A stretch of 61,083 nt of DNA, the filler included, from Circinaria calcarea (taxonomy: Eukaryota), in NCBI GenBank assembly GCA_051942165.1. It is 11 parts of 11 records of this genome, joined end to end, with 100 filler letters (N's around TTAATTAATTAA, not from the genome) between each part and the next. Parts side by side here need not be neighbours in the genome. Positions count along the whole stretch, not along the records: positions 50,102 to 55,545 come from JAVECS010001898.1; positions 55,646 to 61,083 come from JAVECS010001899.1; 9 more parts are not named here. The stretch is one strand, 5' to 3'. A model generated the notes under the pieces. That model saw nothing but the letters and a program-made list of their open reading frames with translations, was not told where the DNA came from and ran no database searches. Within the stretch, counting starts at the first letter, position 1; every line of letters begins with the position of its first letter. Both the position numbers and the translations under genes were made by a program. Positions 50,455-61,083 of this stretch are shown one piece after another.

Positions 50455-50681
50455 TGTAAGGGCCTCTGGTAGAGGGACCCCTACGAACCCTACGGGTGAA
50501 ATATACCCCGAGGTCACGAGGTATCGGCTTAGCGAGAAGGGGTTTTCCTCGCGAAGCGTTACACCAGAATGCTTTAGCAATAAATTCATACGCTGATGCG
50601 AACCAATTGAGCACATGGTCACCCAGTTTACCGACCCTTTTTCGTAAAGATCATTATATTATTTCGTAAAGGATCCTTACA
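50455..50681 (+). mobile_element. Complete 227-bp solo-LTR-like element (TGTAAGG..CCTTACA)
   Basis: TG..CA ends with a 7-bp terminal inverted repeat. Partial copies occur on three other contigs. No clear TSD. Confidence 0.78.
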
Positions 50682-51772
50682 ATAGGGGGTTTCTGCACTA
50701 CGTGGAGGAACTAAGTATTCGGAGCGGTTGAACTAAACCACCGAGCGTGTGTATAGCAGAGGTCTTCGGCGATATAGTTGCATAGTGGAAATCCATACAT
50801 ATAGAGTGGTAGTTACTATAGCCAATCCGGCCTATTCCACCCTGTACTACCTCCGTTGTTTTACAATTATGTTTTCTGAAAAAAAATAAAAAGAATTCTA
50901 ATTTTAATTTTAAAAACGCCATAACCGGCCCTTCACTTTTTTTAAAGGAAGAAAAAAAGAATTCCATGCGGATGAGAACTTCTCGACGGAAATTTCAAGG
51001 GGAGAGGGGGAAACGAGAGGGGAAAGGGGAAAAAAAGAAAAAAGAGTTATCGATTCCTACCGTCGAGGGGTCACGTGGTGGTAGTTGTAAATGGCACTGT
51101 AGTAGATGAGATGAGATATTACTTTGTTTCTGATCGCAGGGGCGGAGGTTTATGGGCGAGGTTTATGAAATCATGGGGAAGCAGAAGGTTGCATAGAGAG
51201 AGGTGTGATGTCATCGGGGGGTAAAAAACACTTTTAATCGGAAAGGGAGCCAAGGGGGGATGGGGATAGTCAGCATGGGAAACAGAGCCTCAAACCCCTA
51301 ATTATCGCGAAAGATTTGAGAGGAAAAAAAAAAGGACAACTATCATTTCTGCAGGAGATAAATAGGGATCCTCGTGGTTCAAGAACCCCCGGGGCAACGA
51401 CTTTGCCGGGTATTCGTACTCGATCGTCCACCCCCACTGCTTGCATACTGCGGTACCGGAAAACCCTGGTACCGTATTGACACAGAAGCTTTCCGGCCGT
51501 GTACCCTAGGAAGGCGTTGCCGGGGAGCTTTTTTTGGGACTAACGGTCAGCTGTCGACCGATATTTAGCCTAGGGACGTAGCACGAGGTTAGTTTTGTCA
51601 GGGGGTCTTTGGATGTTGTGGTCAGGGGAGTGCAAAAGCATGCAGGAAATGGGTTGACAAAGGGTTTGATGTAATTCTATCTGTTTTGTCCTAATCACAA
51701 GGCCTTCGAGGCTCACGAGGCCAGTCTGTTCCTTTCTCTCCTCTCTCGTAACAATACTATGTGCTTCAGCAA

Positions 51773-53350
51773 CTATTTTCCTGGGGAGATACTGCTGTAG
51801 TCTCTATTCTCCCAATCGTCACCTAATGTCAAGTTTGCCAAGGATTGCGTGTGTGGTTCCCCCTTTGACAGTGTTGATGATCCACTCCACCCCTGCTGGC
51901 GTAAACGCGACGAATGTGTTCTGGGGATGAAGTGTAATCTCGCCTTTAACTAAAAATCTGGTCAGGCCGGATCTTACTGTCGGATGGTGTAGACTGAAAG
52001 AAGCGAAAACTTACACATCCCGATAACTTTGGGTGTTCTTGAGTTTCCTTGATCGAACATGCAGATCATCCCTCCCGAGCAGCCCCAAACCCCACTAATG
52101 GTGTGCCTGAGGATTTCGGTGTACGGGAATGTTTTGGATTTGGTCATATGTTCTTCTGTGTACATCTCCTCTGCCGATGGACAGTGCAGTTTCCCGACTG
52201 CCAAGGCTCTCATGTTTGGAAGGAAAAGGGCCTGCAAGTCGGGTTTCTAGCAGTGTTATATCATCAGTCGGCCAATCATCTATGTAAATCGAGGTCAATT
52301 ACCTCTTCGCCTTCGATCTGCATGTCTGACACAATACTGGACCCGTGTGAGTTAGATTTCAGGGTGTGAATGTATGAAGCATAGACGTAATCGTAGGCTG
52401 TCATAGGCTTCGTGTCCAGTTTAGCGATCTCGTTTTTGATCTCTTTATAAAACGGCAGCCTTTCCAAGGGTACACTGCTGCCGTTGTACGCAACAGTCCA
52501 GATTACAGAAGGCGGGTCTGACTGGAGAAATGGCGTGATCGAGTGTAGTTGATCCGTGGTAATGAAATGTCGTGGCATTTCCGCTTCGGCGGGTTGGGGG
52601 GGGAAAAGACGGAATATGGCAATGTCCGACCCAAAATCGTAATGGTATAAATACACAAAACAATCCGTTTCACCTGCGGGCTATCTTTTAGTATTTGGAG
52701 ACAGACTGCTTCGATTGATCAAGGATGTGTCGTACATAGATCTGGTGAGAAACGATCACAACTAACCCGTATTCTCTGCTGTTCTTTCGATTTCAAAGAA
52801 TTGGCTAACTCAATGCACGCCGCCTCTTCACCCTGGAAACCAGGCAGGAAATGACAACAGCTAACAAAGTATTCTTGTTCCATCCAAAATCCGGACATAA
52901 TGGTCATGGCGTCTTCTGTAGGTGTTGGGATGAAAATCTTGGCGGCAGCTAGGCCGAAATACCCAGCAGCGTTGATCAACTAATACCATGAATTAGCAGT
53001 AACTTTCATCGGCGATATAGAATGCTGCTAACCTGAGTAGTAACATCCTTGTCGTGGCCAAAGAGAATGAGATCTTTGGTGTTCCTCCTCTTGACGGTAC
53101 CATTTTCCTCGACAGAGTGGAATTTCGACCAGCCATAGCCCTTGATGTACATTGTGGCACCGAAATCACCATTGTACACCATGTTTCTTCGTCTTTTGAA
53201 GGTGCCTGGAAAGATGTGACGAGGGTTTGGAATGCTGAAATTTGTAGATCTGGAGATGACCGGGGGAGTAGAAGGGTTGAGAGTAAGCGAAGTATTTTTG
53301 GCAGCATGATTCTTAGTGAGGAGTTCCGGCCTAGGCTTATTCTGAACCAT
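51773..53350 (-). CDS. Intracellular trypsin-like (PA clan) serine protease, at least 5 exons; 5' end uncertain
   Basis: Splicing the ORF pieces at canonical GT-AG sites gives, in order, SGFWMEQEYFVSCCHF (His), DFGSDIAIFRL (Asp), HTISGVWGCSGGMI (Ser) and VIGMFKG..N.FVAF. Stop TAG at 51773-51775. Confidence 0.7.
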
Positions 53351-55089
53351 GATGGTGCAATGAGCGTGGGTCGCTCCTGTAACGTTTGTAGACTGATTGC
53401 TTTGTCGTCAATATCTTGTGCAGTTTCCGTCTTTGCTCTGTGCTCGTCTATATAAGTGATGGAACCACCACTGCTTAGACGACAAATCGGGCCTTCATTG
53501 ATGCGGAAGTCTATTCTAACTATAACCAGGTCTTTTGTGCTGTTCAAGGTAACACTTTCCCACCCAAATTTTTTATCATAGGGCAAACCAACCTAATTAG
53601 ATGGCTATATCAACAGAAGACAGATTAGCACGAAATTATAGCCGCCTATCAGGCTCATCATAGAAAGCTTTCAGAGCACGAATCAGCACGCTACAGCAGT
53701 CCGGAAAGGTTAGACGAAAGCCGGAATCAGACAAAAAGTTTACTGGCTAGAAAAATTCCTATTGCCGTCACCCCTTTAAAAACAATCCAGTTCGACAGGA
53801 AGAGTAGGCATTTTTCAAGGAAATAATTTCTTTAAGATTCGGGCGTCTTATGGCAACCACCCCTCCTCTTGTGCTCTCCAAAAAGCCTAAATTCCTCCCA
53901 AAGCTCCCCAGTTCCAGAACCAGGTCGCATGCACATATTCGACGAAAATACCCACGAAAAGGCCCTCCATCCCATCCACCCAGCTCCCATATCTCCCCCG
54001 TCTGCCATCTCCTTCCCCATCATCTCCGTATCCACTTTCACTTCACTTTGCTGGACACGTCTACACAATTGTCAGCCTTGCTCTTCTCCCTATCTTGATC
54101 ATTCTCTCTCTCTCATATTTGGAGGGGCAAAGAGAAAAATACCCACCTTCCCACACGCCCCGCATGTCATCTCGCTCCCCGAGATCGAGGCTCCGCAAGC
54201 CGGGCAGGCGGAATGTGACATTTCTCTTTCTTTGGTTTTCTTTTTGGAGGTGGGGTTTAGCTTGGACGGGGCGAGAGGGAGAGACTGAGAGAGAAGCTTT
54301 TGATTTCGGTCGCGTGGATATGAGAAGAGGGATTTTTGGGTCTTTGTGCGTTGATTTGCGCGCGGTAGTAAGAAGTGAGGAGGGGATGGATAGAGAAGGA
54401 AGGAAGTGAGGAGATGAAGAGAGGAGGTAAAGGCGGGGGGGGGGGGTCATGTGCAGGGTAGCTCCCCCACGCGATAAGGAAAGATCGGGTTTAGCGCTTA
54501 TTCTTACCTTATCGGTGGAAGCCAAAGCGTTTATCGGGGTTCATCAATCGTAGGGCCGAAAGGGCTCAAGCGGCTCTCGGGGAATTTTTGGTTCCGGAAG
54601 TGGCCATATGATATCTCTGGGAGTAGGACTGGTAACTCTACATTGACCAGGTTCTACGTAGGAAACGTGCTGAAGGTAAGTTTGCCATTGTTCGACTCGT
54701 CGGAAATGAATTTAAAGTTTGATTGGGTTGTACATATATCGACAGTCGAGTATAGATTCGCTTGATTGGCAAATCTGTCCACCCTGAGAGCAACGGTACA
54801 TCCGCCCATAGAAAGGGAGAAAAGGAGGAGATTGCTAAGAACGGTGGTCAAGCTAGCAGCCTAACGATGAGAAATTCCCCGCACTCAAACAACCAAATAA
54901 TTCAGAGAAAAACATCAGGCAAGCCATGGTTCGCTGAATTTGAGCATAAATCATCCTCGGAATTCGAGAGACTCGGTATCCTCCTCCATCACTGCATCCC
55001 TCCAGAGCTAGACATCAAAGCATCCACCACATATGCAAGGTCCTGTCCTTTATAATCCTGTAGCCTCCTCGTATCTCCACTCTGCACCC

Positions 55090-55545
55090 TTATTCTTCTT
55101 CGCCGTGTTCGCTGGGTATGAGTTCGTAACCCTCTTCGGACGGTAGCAACAACGCGGTTGCACTAACTCCGGTTCCTAAGAGAACCATTATAGTCCAGCT
55201 CGCCGTGCACAGAATCCAAGAGGTATCGAGTCTCCACCCGGGGAAGAATCGGTCGTCGTTGTCGTAGAGATACGCCTGTCTTCGCGTCAGCCCACCATGT
55301 TTTGCCCAAGCCTCCACGATTTCTTCTTCTCCAAGGGACCAAAAAGAAATTGGCCTACCATAAGCGACATCCCGGTACACTGAACCAAGCCCACGAATAC
55401 CAAAAACCCGCTCAAAATCTTCCATCCCGACTCCCTCTGCTGTTTACCTCCTAGCAGCATTATCAGAAAAGCAATCAATGTCATGCCTTCCATCACGACG
55501 GCAAAGGACATGAGAAACCCCACGGATCGCCAGATGGAGCAGAAG
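55090..55545 (-). CDS. Claudin/SUR7-like tetraspan membrane protein, 3' part
   Basis: FCSIWRSVGFLMSFAVV..GGKQQRESGWK..(intron 55276-55358)..AYLYDNDDRFFPGWRLDTSWILCTASW..GYELIP. Confidence 0.8.
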
Positions 55546-55645
55546 NNNNNNNNNNNNNNNNNNNNNNNNNNNNNNNNNNNNNNNNNNNNTTAATTAATTA
55601 ANNNNNNNNNNNNNNNNNNNNNNNNNNNNNNNNNNNNNNNNNNNN

Positions 55646-56972
55646 AGGTCCGCATGACGAACCAGATCTTTAGTGCTCGGAATCTCCGAGATAATCCGAT
55701 TCCCCAGTCACGATAATCGGTAACTTGGCCGGAGTCGGAATATTTGTTCTGAAGGTAGGATGCATTGCTGGACAAGGGGTTGGTCAGTTGTATTCGTGAC
55801 TTGACAAAGAGGCAGCTGGAGATCGGTCAGACATCTCTCGGCTGCATCGACTGAATATCAGACAACCCGAGATGGATGTTGACATACCTTGCGTCCAGGG
55901 TTACGAGAAGCCATTTGGACATGTTTATATTAAAGCTATCAAATGCCTCAAAATTCTCTGCGAAGTGTTTGTACTCTTCGAATAGCAATGCTGCCCCCGC
56001 ATATGCAGCATCAACATGTGTCCAGATTCTTGGATGAGCCATGAGTAACTTGGCAGCTTCATCGAACCTATCCACGGCACATGTGGTTGTGGTCCCTAGA
56101 GTAAGTGTCAGGTAAAAAGGCTCAAGCCCATCATGATAGCACCGTTCTATCGTATCTTGAAGGCTACTTCCTGTCATGCTGAATCGATCCTCGATTCTGA
56201 CCGGTACTGATCGATATTTTGTACCAGCAACCAAGGTGGCCTTTTGAGTGCTACTATGAGACATTTCACTTCCTAGAGCCACTAGCCTTCCCCTTTTCTG
56301 CGAAATAGCCACCTCTTTTTCTTCGCCTTCCAGGTGTGATGTAGCTTCGTCGAGGTACCTATCCCGGGCGGCAATCATGACGATGGCGATTGCCTCAGAA
56401 GCAGAAGCATGAATTACTCCTCCTCCGTTCGTGGAAGAGAGGTAGCAGGAGGGTAAATGAAGAAGCTTAGCCAGCCAGTCCAAGACGATTATCTCGAGTT
56501 CTGTGGCGGCTGGCGAACATTCCCAATTGAAGCCTGGAGCCGTCAAGGCTGCCGAATATAGTTCGCCAAGTATACCTGGATATGTGGACGGAGAAGGGAA
56601 AAATGCCATGAAGTGGGGAGATTGCCTAGACATTCAATGAGCACTATTTGTCATAGTAGTGGTTTCTCGATGATCGATCTGAAACGGGATGGGGGAGGGG
56701 GTCACCAATGGACCATTCCGGGCATTATTTTGGACTCGATATCCTGCTGAATATCCTCCCACTTCTCGCCAGATTGGGGAGGGCCATCCGGAAGGAGCTT
56801 TCGGAGGTAGCCTGGCTCGACATCCGGGACAACACGGCGGTCTTGAACAGTGTCGTAGTAATTGATGACTACTAAGATTAATCATGCAGCCAAAGTGTGA
56901 AGCAACAGATGGTCGATACAGACTTTCGTCAATGGCAGCATGTGCGGCCTGCCGAAACTGATTGGAGTTCAT
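55646..56972 (-). CDS. Aromatic-L-amino-acid decarboxylase family (PLP-dependent, group II), 3' truncated
   Basis: MNSNQFRQAAHAAID, VEPGYL, IMPGMVHWQSPHFMAFFP, SPAATELE, HSSTQKA, GTTTTCAVD, HVDAAYAG, NMSKWLL and DYRDWGIGLSRRFRALKIWFV. Confidence 0.93.
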
Positions 56973-58254
56973 ATAGACTCCGGGGAAAGTGAACGAGACA
57001 CTGACTGTGCAAATTAAAATGACCAACGAAAACAAGCTCCTCACCTTTTATAAGTCGAGCTTCAAGCCTGACTTAGAACCAAGCTTGTCCTCGTGCTGTG
57101 TCTCAATAACATTATCATTGCAGGTCGGAGCTGGTCATGCTCTCCTACAGCTTCCCGGTTTGACACCGTCAAGCCCAGGTGATTTTGGGCTTCTCCTCCG
57201 ACTTGAGATGTTTTAAAGCGTCTGCCCAGGCCGGTTGAAGTTGATTAGCTTCAGTTTACTAGCCAGACTGTTATTCAAAGTTGTAGTAATGTGCAGCTAC
57301 AGTGAAGATGTCTTGCACAAGGGGGGGATGACATCGTGTTCCTAGTGTGCTGCTTCGATTTGACACGACTCAACGTCGCAGCATGAGGGTCGAGAGGATG
57401 GATGGAGATCCCCAGTCAAGAATAGAGGCCGCAGCGTAGCGGGTTAGGGCCGAAGCGGGTGCATGGCCACGCGTATCTAAGCCCCTTTCCCAGCTGCCGT
57501 AGCAGTTCTGACACATTATTAGCTAGGAAATAGTATCAGATGATACTCTCTTCGAATGCTTGATCTGATCGGGAGCTCGACAGCGAGGTTATGAGAGCAG
57601 GCGATAGGATGGATATATTGCGTTGGAAACGACTTAGCGCTTCCATTAGCGCGACTTTACTCGTCTCACGCGCTTTCCGCTCGTATCTCCGCTTTTCTCG
57701 TATTGATGTTTGAGCAGTGCATCCTCCTTTTGCTCCTCCTCACTTTATTCTTAGGTAAGCTATTGCTCGAGCGAAATAGACCTTCACTCAGTCTCTGGTC
57801 TATACAAGCCCAGCCTAAACCAATCCTGAAATTATTTTCAAGAAACGCCGGGTCCATGCTGCTTGTGCAACTGCTCGAGGGAATGCCGATTGAATAAGGG
57901 AAATATTATTAGTATCCCGGTATTAACTATCTACTAATATAGGGTTTAATTTAGGTCGGCTTGGATTTTGACAATCGCTAATCAGCATCATCTATCATTT
58001 TTTATTGATATTGGTCGGTATCGCTATCCACTTTCGGCGTGTGGAAGAGGTTAGGTAGTCATATTCTAAACTGGTACCTTATGGAAGGGTCTATTTGGGG
58101 GATAGTCAAAGCCATATTCACGTCTCGGATCGGAGTGGCGGCGGAGATATTCAACGTCTTGCTAAGTTGGCTAACGGTGGAAGACCTGTATTTTGAACAT
58201 TATGCCATGGCGTTTGCCGCCAACCAGAGACCAGCGGCCGAGAGTGTTACCGAT

Positions 58255-59934
58255 TTACTTCTCCTGACTAAGTTCACCGGTCCCATTCTTAGTCCTCCTA
58301 TCAGCCTCGCGTCTTCGCCGCCACCATTGCCAGACCGCGAAAACTAGAACCGTCAGAGGAATGGTGATAGCGAAGTAATACCACAGCTGTGGCGCCGCAT
58401 CGAAAGTAGTTTGCCCGGCTCGGTCCGCACTAAGGCTGAAGAAGACCATACTAAAAATTGCCTGCGAAAGAGTTAGTGAAATGTGATTGCAAGACGTCGA
58501 GTGTAAATACTTACGGAGATAAACGTGCCTGGCAGGAAAATCATGGTAACAGCAGCAATGGTAATCATCGACGAACTGTCTCTTTTGGTTTCAATGGCGA
58601 TTCTAGAAGTAAGGTTTGCAATGTCCAAATTATTGCGGTTGTCCATTTGCGAAGCGATGCTGAAAAAGAGTTGAATCATAAGCTGCGTGCGCTCCTCGTA
58701 ATTGGCTGCCCAACGCTTCAAAGCACGACAGCGAGAGCTCAAGGATTCCAAGTTCTCGATAGCCGGATATAAAGGTGGCATTTGAATCAAGGAGCCAGAA
58801 GGGGTGTTCGACAAGGCAGATTCATGCTTTCGGGCGGTTTCGATAAAGAAGTCGAGACGTTCTTGCAAGTCTTCCAGATCTGCAACAATTATCCGTAAAG
58901 ATCTGGAGAGGAGGTGTAATTTCTCAGCGGCATCTGGGGTATAGATGATGGACTGCAGGCCGGTGCCTCTTCCGTTGCTATTCTCCTTTGAGCCATCTTA
59001 GCATAATTACATTTAAAAGTCTTCGTAACAACACAGTATAATAAAAACGGACATACCCATTCTAACAATTGGTCTCTCAATCCGCCTACCAAGGCTTTCC
59101 ATGACGAGGCACATTCATTCGCGATTAATAAGTCTATTACGAAAGGACAAGACAGCGGAATATAGGTTTTTTGATCAGTGGCGGATCGTAGTATTTCGAT
59201 TTTGGCGCCTTCTGGACAATCAACAAGGAAGTATGTCGATGATCCTGTGTCCATCTGATAGGAAAACCATACTGTCCCCGGTCCGTTCTTCCCGAACCCA
59301 TTGTTGTATTGATAAAATCCCTCTTGACACAGCTATTAGTCAGATACGGTGGTTATTCCCAGTAAGTAAACATATACCAGTTGCTACAATCTTTTGCTCG
59401 GCATCAAGTCTAGAGAAGCTTCCGTAACCAGCTTTGGCCCATGGACTAGGTTCCAGGGTACCTTCCAGGAAGGAGATGGAAAATTTGAAGCGGGAACAGA
59501 GCCGCTCTAGGGTGTCTTTCCTAACGTGGAGTTGTCTTGGCTTGCGGGCACCTAAATATTTCAGTTATTTATACTGGATGCAGAATGCCCAAGCCTGATT
59601 ACTTACGATGGCTATATAAAATCGAGGTAATAAAACTTAGATAACCCAAATGAGCTTTAGATCCCTCTGTTATTGAGGGTATGCTCACAAGACTCGAAGG
59701 GTGGGAGTGGCAGGATGCTGGACGATATTAGTTCTCTGCCACGATTGATGGAAAACCAACAACCATCAGATATGGTAGAATTCCATCATCATCCAGTCCC
59801 GGCTGCCAGACGGGGGACGAGCCCGGTATGCTAGGTGATAGATTCAGCTCTAGGACGTCAATCCGCGTTTGCACTTGCTCCAGCCCACTGCGATCTAACA
59901 GCTCTTGAATCGCCGACTTGGAACTTTGTGCCAT
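58255..59934 (-). CDS. Fungal CorA-like membrane protein (C-terminal two-TM CorA domain), multi-exon
   Basis: RTQLMIQLFF..TKRDSSSMITIAAVTMIFLPGTFIS-AIFSMVFF..WYYFAITIPLTVLVFAVWQWW. Upstream exons are inferred from GT-AG sites. Confidence 0.78.
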
Positions 59935-60263
59935 GATGTAAATGAGTTGGTAGGCTTGGATTTGCGAATGGTTAGGAGAGTTTGCTGAACTCAGATCGGG
60001 GAGGGGGATGACAATGAAGGACCTTCCTGATAGAGAGTCTGTGTGGAGTAGAACCTCCTATGAAAGCTAAATAACGTAAGATGGGTAACTAATCAGAGTA
60101 AAGGATGTAGTACTTATAAAATAGTAGAGTCCTTGCAAACTACATTTTGTATTTCTCAGTCATCCTTCGATGGTTACAGTGTCAGACAACGCTGACAGCC
60201 GAATAGTTCAGCGCTTCAGCCTTACGAGAATCCAGCCTTGGCAGACAACCATTCGATAGCTTG

Positions 60264-60951
60264 GCACGCGGTTGACAAAAAACTTTGCAACCCCGCATTA
60301 CACCTAACCGTAGCGTGCGTAGTTACTGACCTTTCCAGCCTAGAATTCGGGTATAGGACCACCAACATTGGAGGGGTCCCACAAGTTTAGAGGTTAATCT
60401 TTACGGAAAATTGCAATTTCATACCCCAAGAGTATGAAAATTTGCAATTTCATACCCCACCCCCAATCACTACCAATACGGAAGGTCGCTGTCACTGCCG
60501 TAAAGACCTATTATCGCAGAGGTCGCTGTCGCAGAGGTCGCTGTCGCAGAGGTCGCTGTCGCAGAGGTCGCTGGCGCAGAATCATTGTAGTAAAGTCGCT
60601 ATCGTAGAGTCATTGTCGCAGAGTCGCTGTCGTAAAATCACTATCGCAGAGTTACTGTCGCAGAGTCACTGTCGCAGAGTCACTGTCGCCAGTGATATTG
60701 CGATAATGGCATTGCGACACACTGACATCGCGATATAAATGCGAGAGCGACATAGTGCGATAGCGACCCACTAAAAACCGCGATAGTTAGCTTAGCCTAT
60801 TAACCTTAGGCCGGGTTCTTAGGCTAATACCCTCCTGACAGTGGTGTGTTCTTCGGGACACCCCCTGAAATTTGGGGGTGGGGTATGAAATTGCAATTTC
60901 CCGTAATATTTAGCGAGTAATATACGGTCGGCGTTGTTGTCAACCGCGTGC
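60264..60951. repeat. Outer 15-bp perfect inverted repeat enclosing the inner MITE
   Basis: GCACGCGGTTGACAA at 60264-60278 and TTGTCAACCGCGTGC at 60937-60951. Confidence 0.75.
60404..60903. mobile_element. 500-bp TA-flanked Tc1/mariner-type MITE with internal minisatellite
   Basis: TA|CGGAAAATTGCAATTTCATACCCC..GGGGTATGAAATTGCAATTTCCCG|TA. The left TIR is partly duplicated. The interior has TCGCAGAGGTCGCTG x4 (60514-60573) and degenerate 14-mers to about 60688. Confidence 0.85.
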
Positions 60952-61083
60952 TCGGTTTCTGGGATTCTCTTTCTGAAGAAGTTGCTACTCGATGACTTAT
61001 ACAGATGTTAGCAGCAAAAGCTACATTAGCGATGAATAGCTTCTATTCGGACCCAGGGATTGGGGGAATGGAGGAGGGAAGGG

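Noticed and set aside
53832..54525. Overlapping 80-150-aa ORFs on both strands
   Set aside because: They arise from CT/GA-rich low-complexity sequence and contain no domain.
5476..55645. Regularly spaced TTAATTAATTAA motif, and apparent gene clusters spanning it
   Set aside because: Artificial contig linkers within N runs. The spacing reflects length-sorted contigs, so cross-linker neighbourhoods and ORFs ending in X..LIN are artefacts.
60442..60738. ORF with SQRSL repeats
   Set aside because: Translation of the minisatellite inside a MITE, with a TTG start.

Overview
This window is not one locus. It joins 11 unrelated contigs of about 5.4-5.5 kb from a filamentous ascomycete (short GT-AG introns, RIP-like C>T damage). 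The contigs are ordered by decreasing length and separated by artificial 100-nt N/TTAATTAATTAA/N linkers, so adjacency across a linker carries no meaning. Genes: a complete SesB-hydrolase/NACHT/ankyrin NLR converging on an SRPK-like kinase, and a second diverged copy of that same locus on another contig with a reshuffled, hypervariable ankyrin array. Also a cis-aconitate-decarboxylase-like gene, a frameshifted HeLo-like/kinase-like gene head-to-head with a helical-domain gene, a partial second NLR, a stand-alone adenylation enzyme, a sterol glucosyltransferase-like gene, RNR1 (5' part), a PTH11-like GPCR and a methyltransferase. Further on: a fully decayed oxygenase/O-methyltransferase/P450 cluster, a P450 next to a truncated UbiA-type terpene cyclase, an intron-split trypsin-like protease missed by the ORF track, an aromatic amino-acid decarboxylase and a CorA-like gene. 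Small mobile elements include an LTR-like family on four contigs, several MITEs (one nested) and a LINE-like insertion with a 13-bp TSD. Family names come from motif recognition by eye, not database searches.
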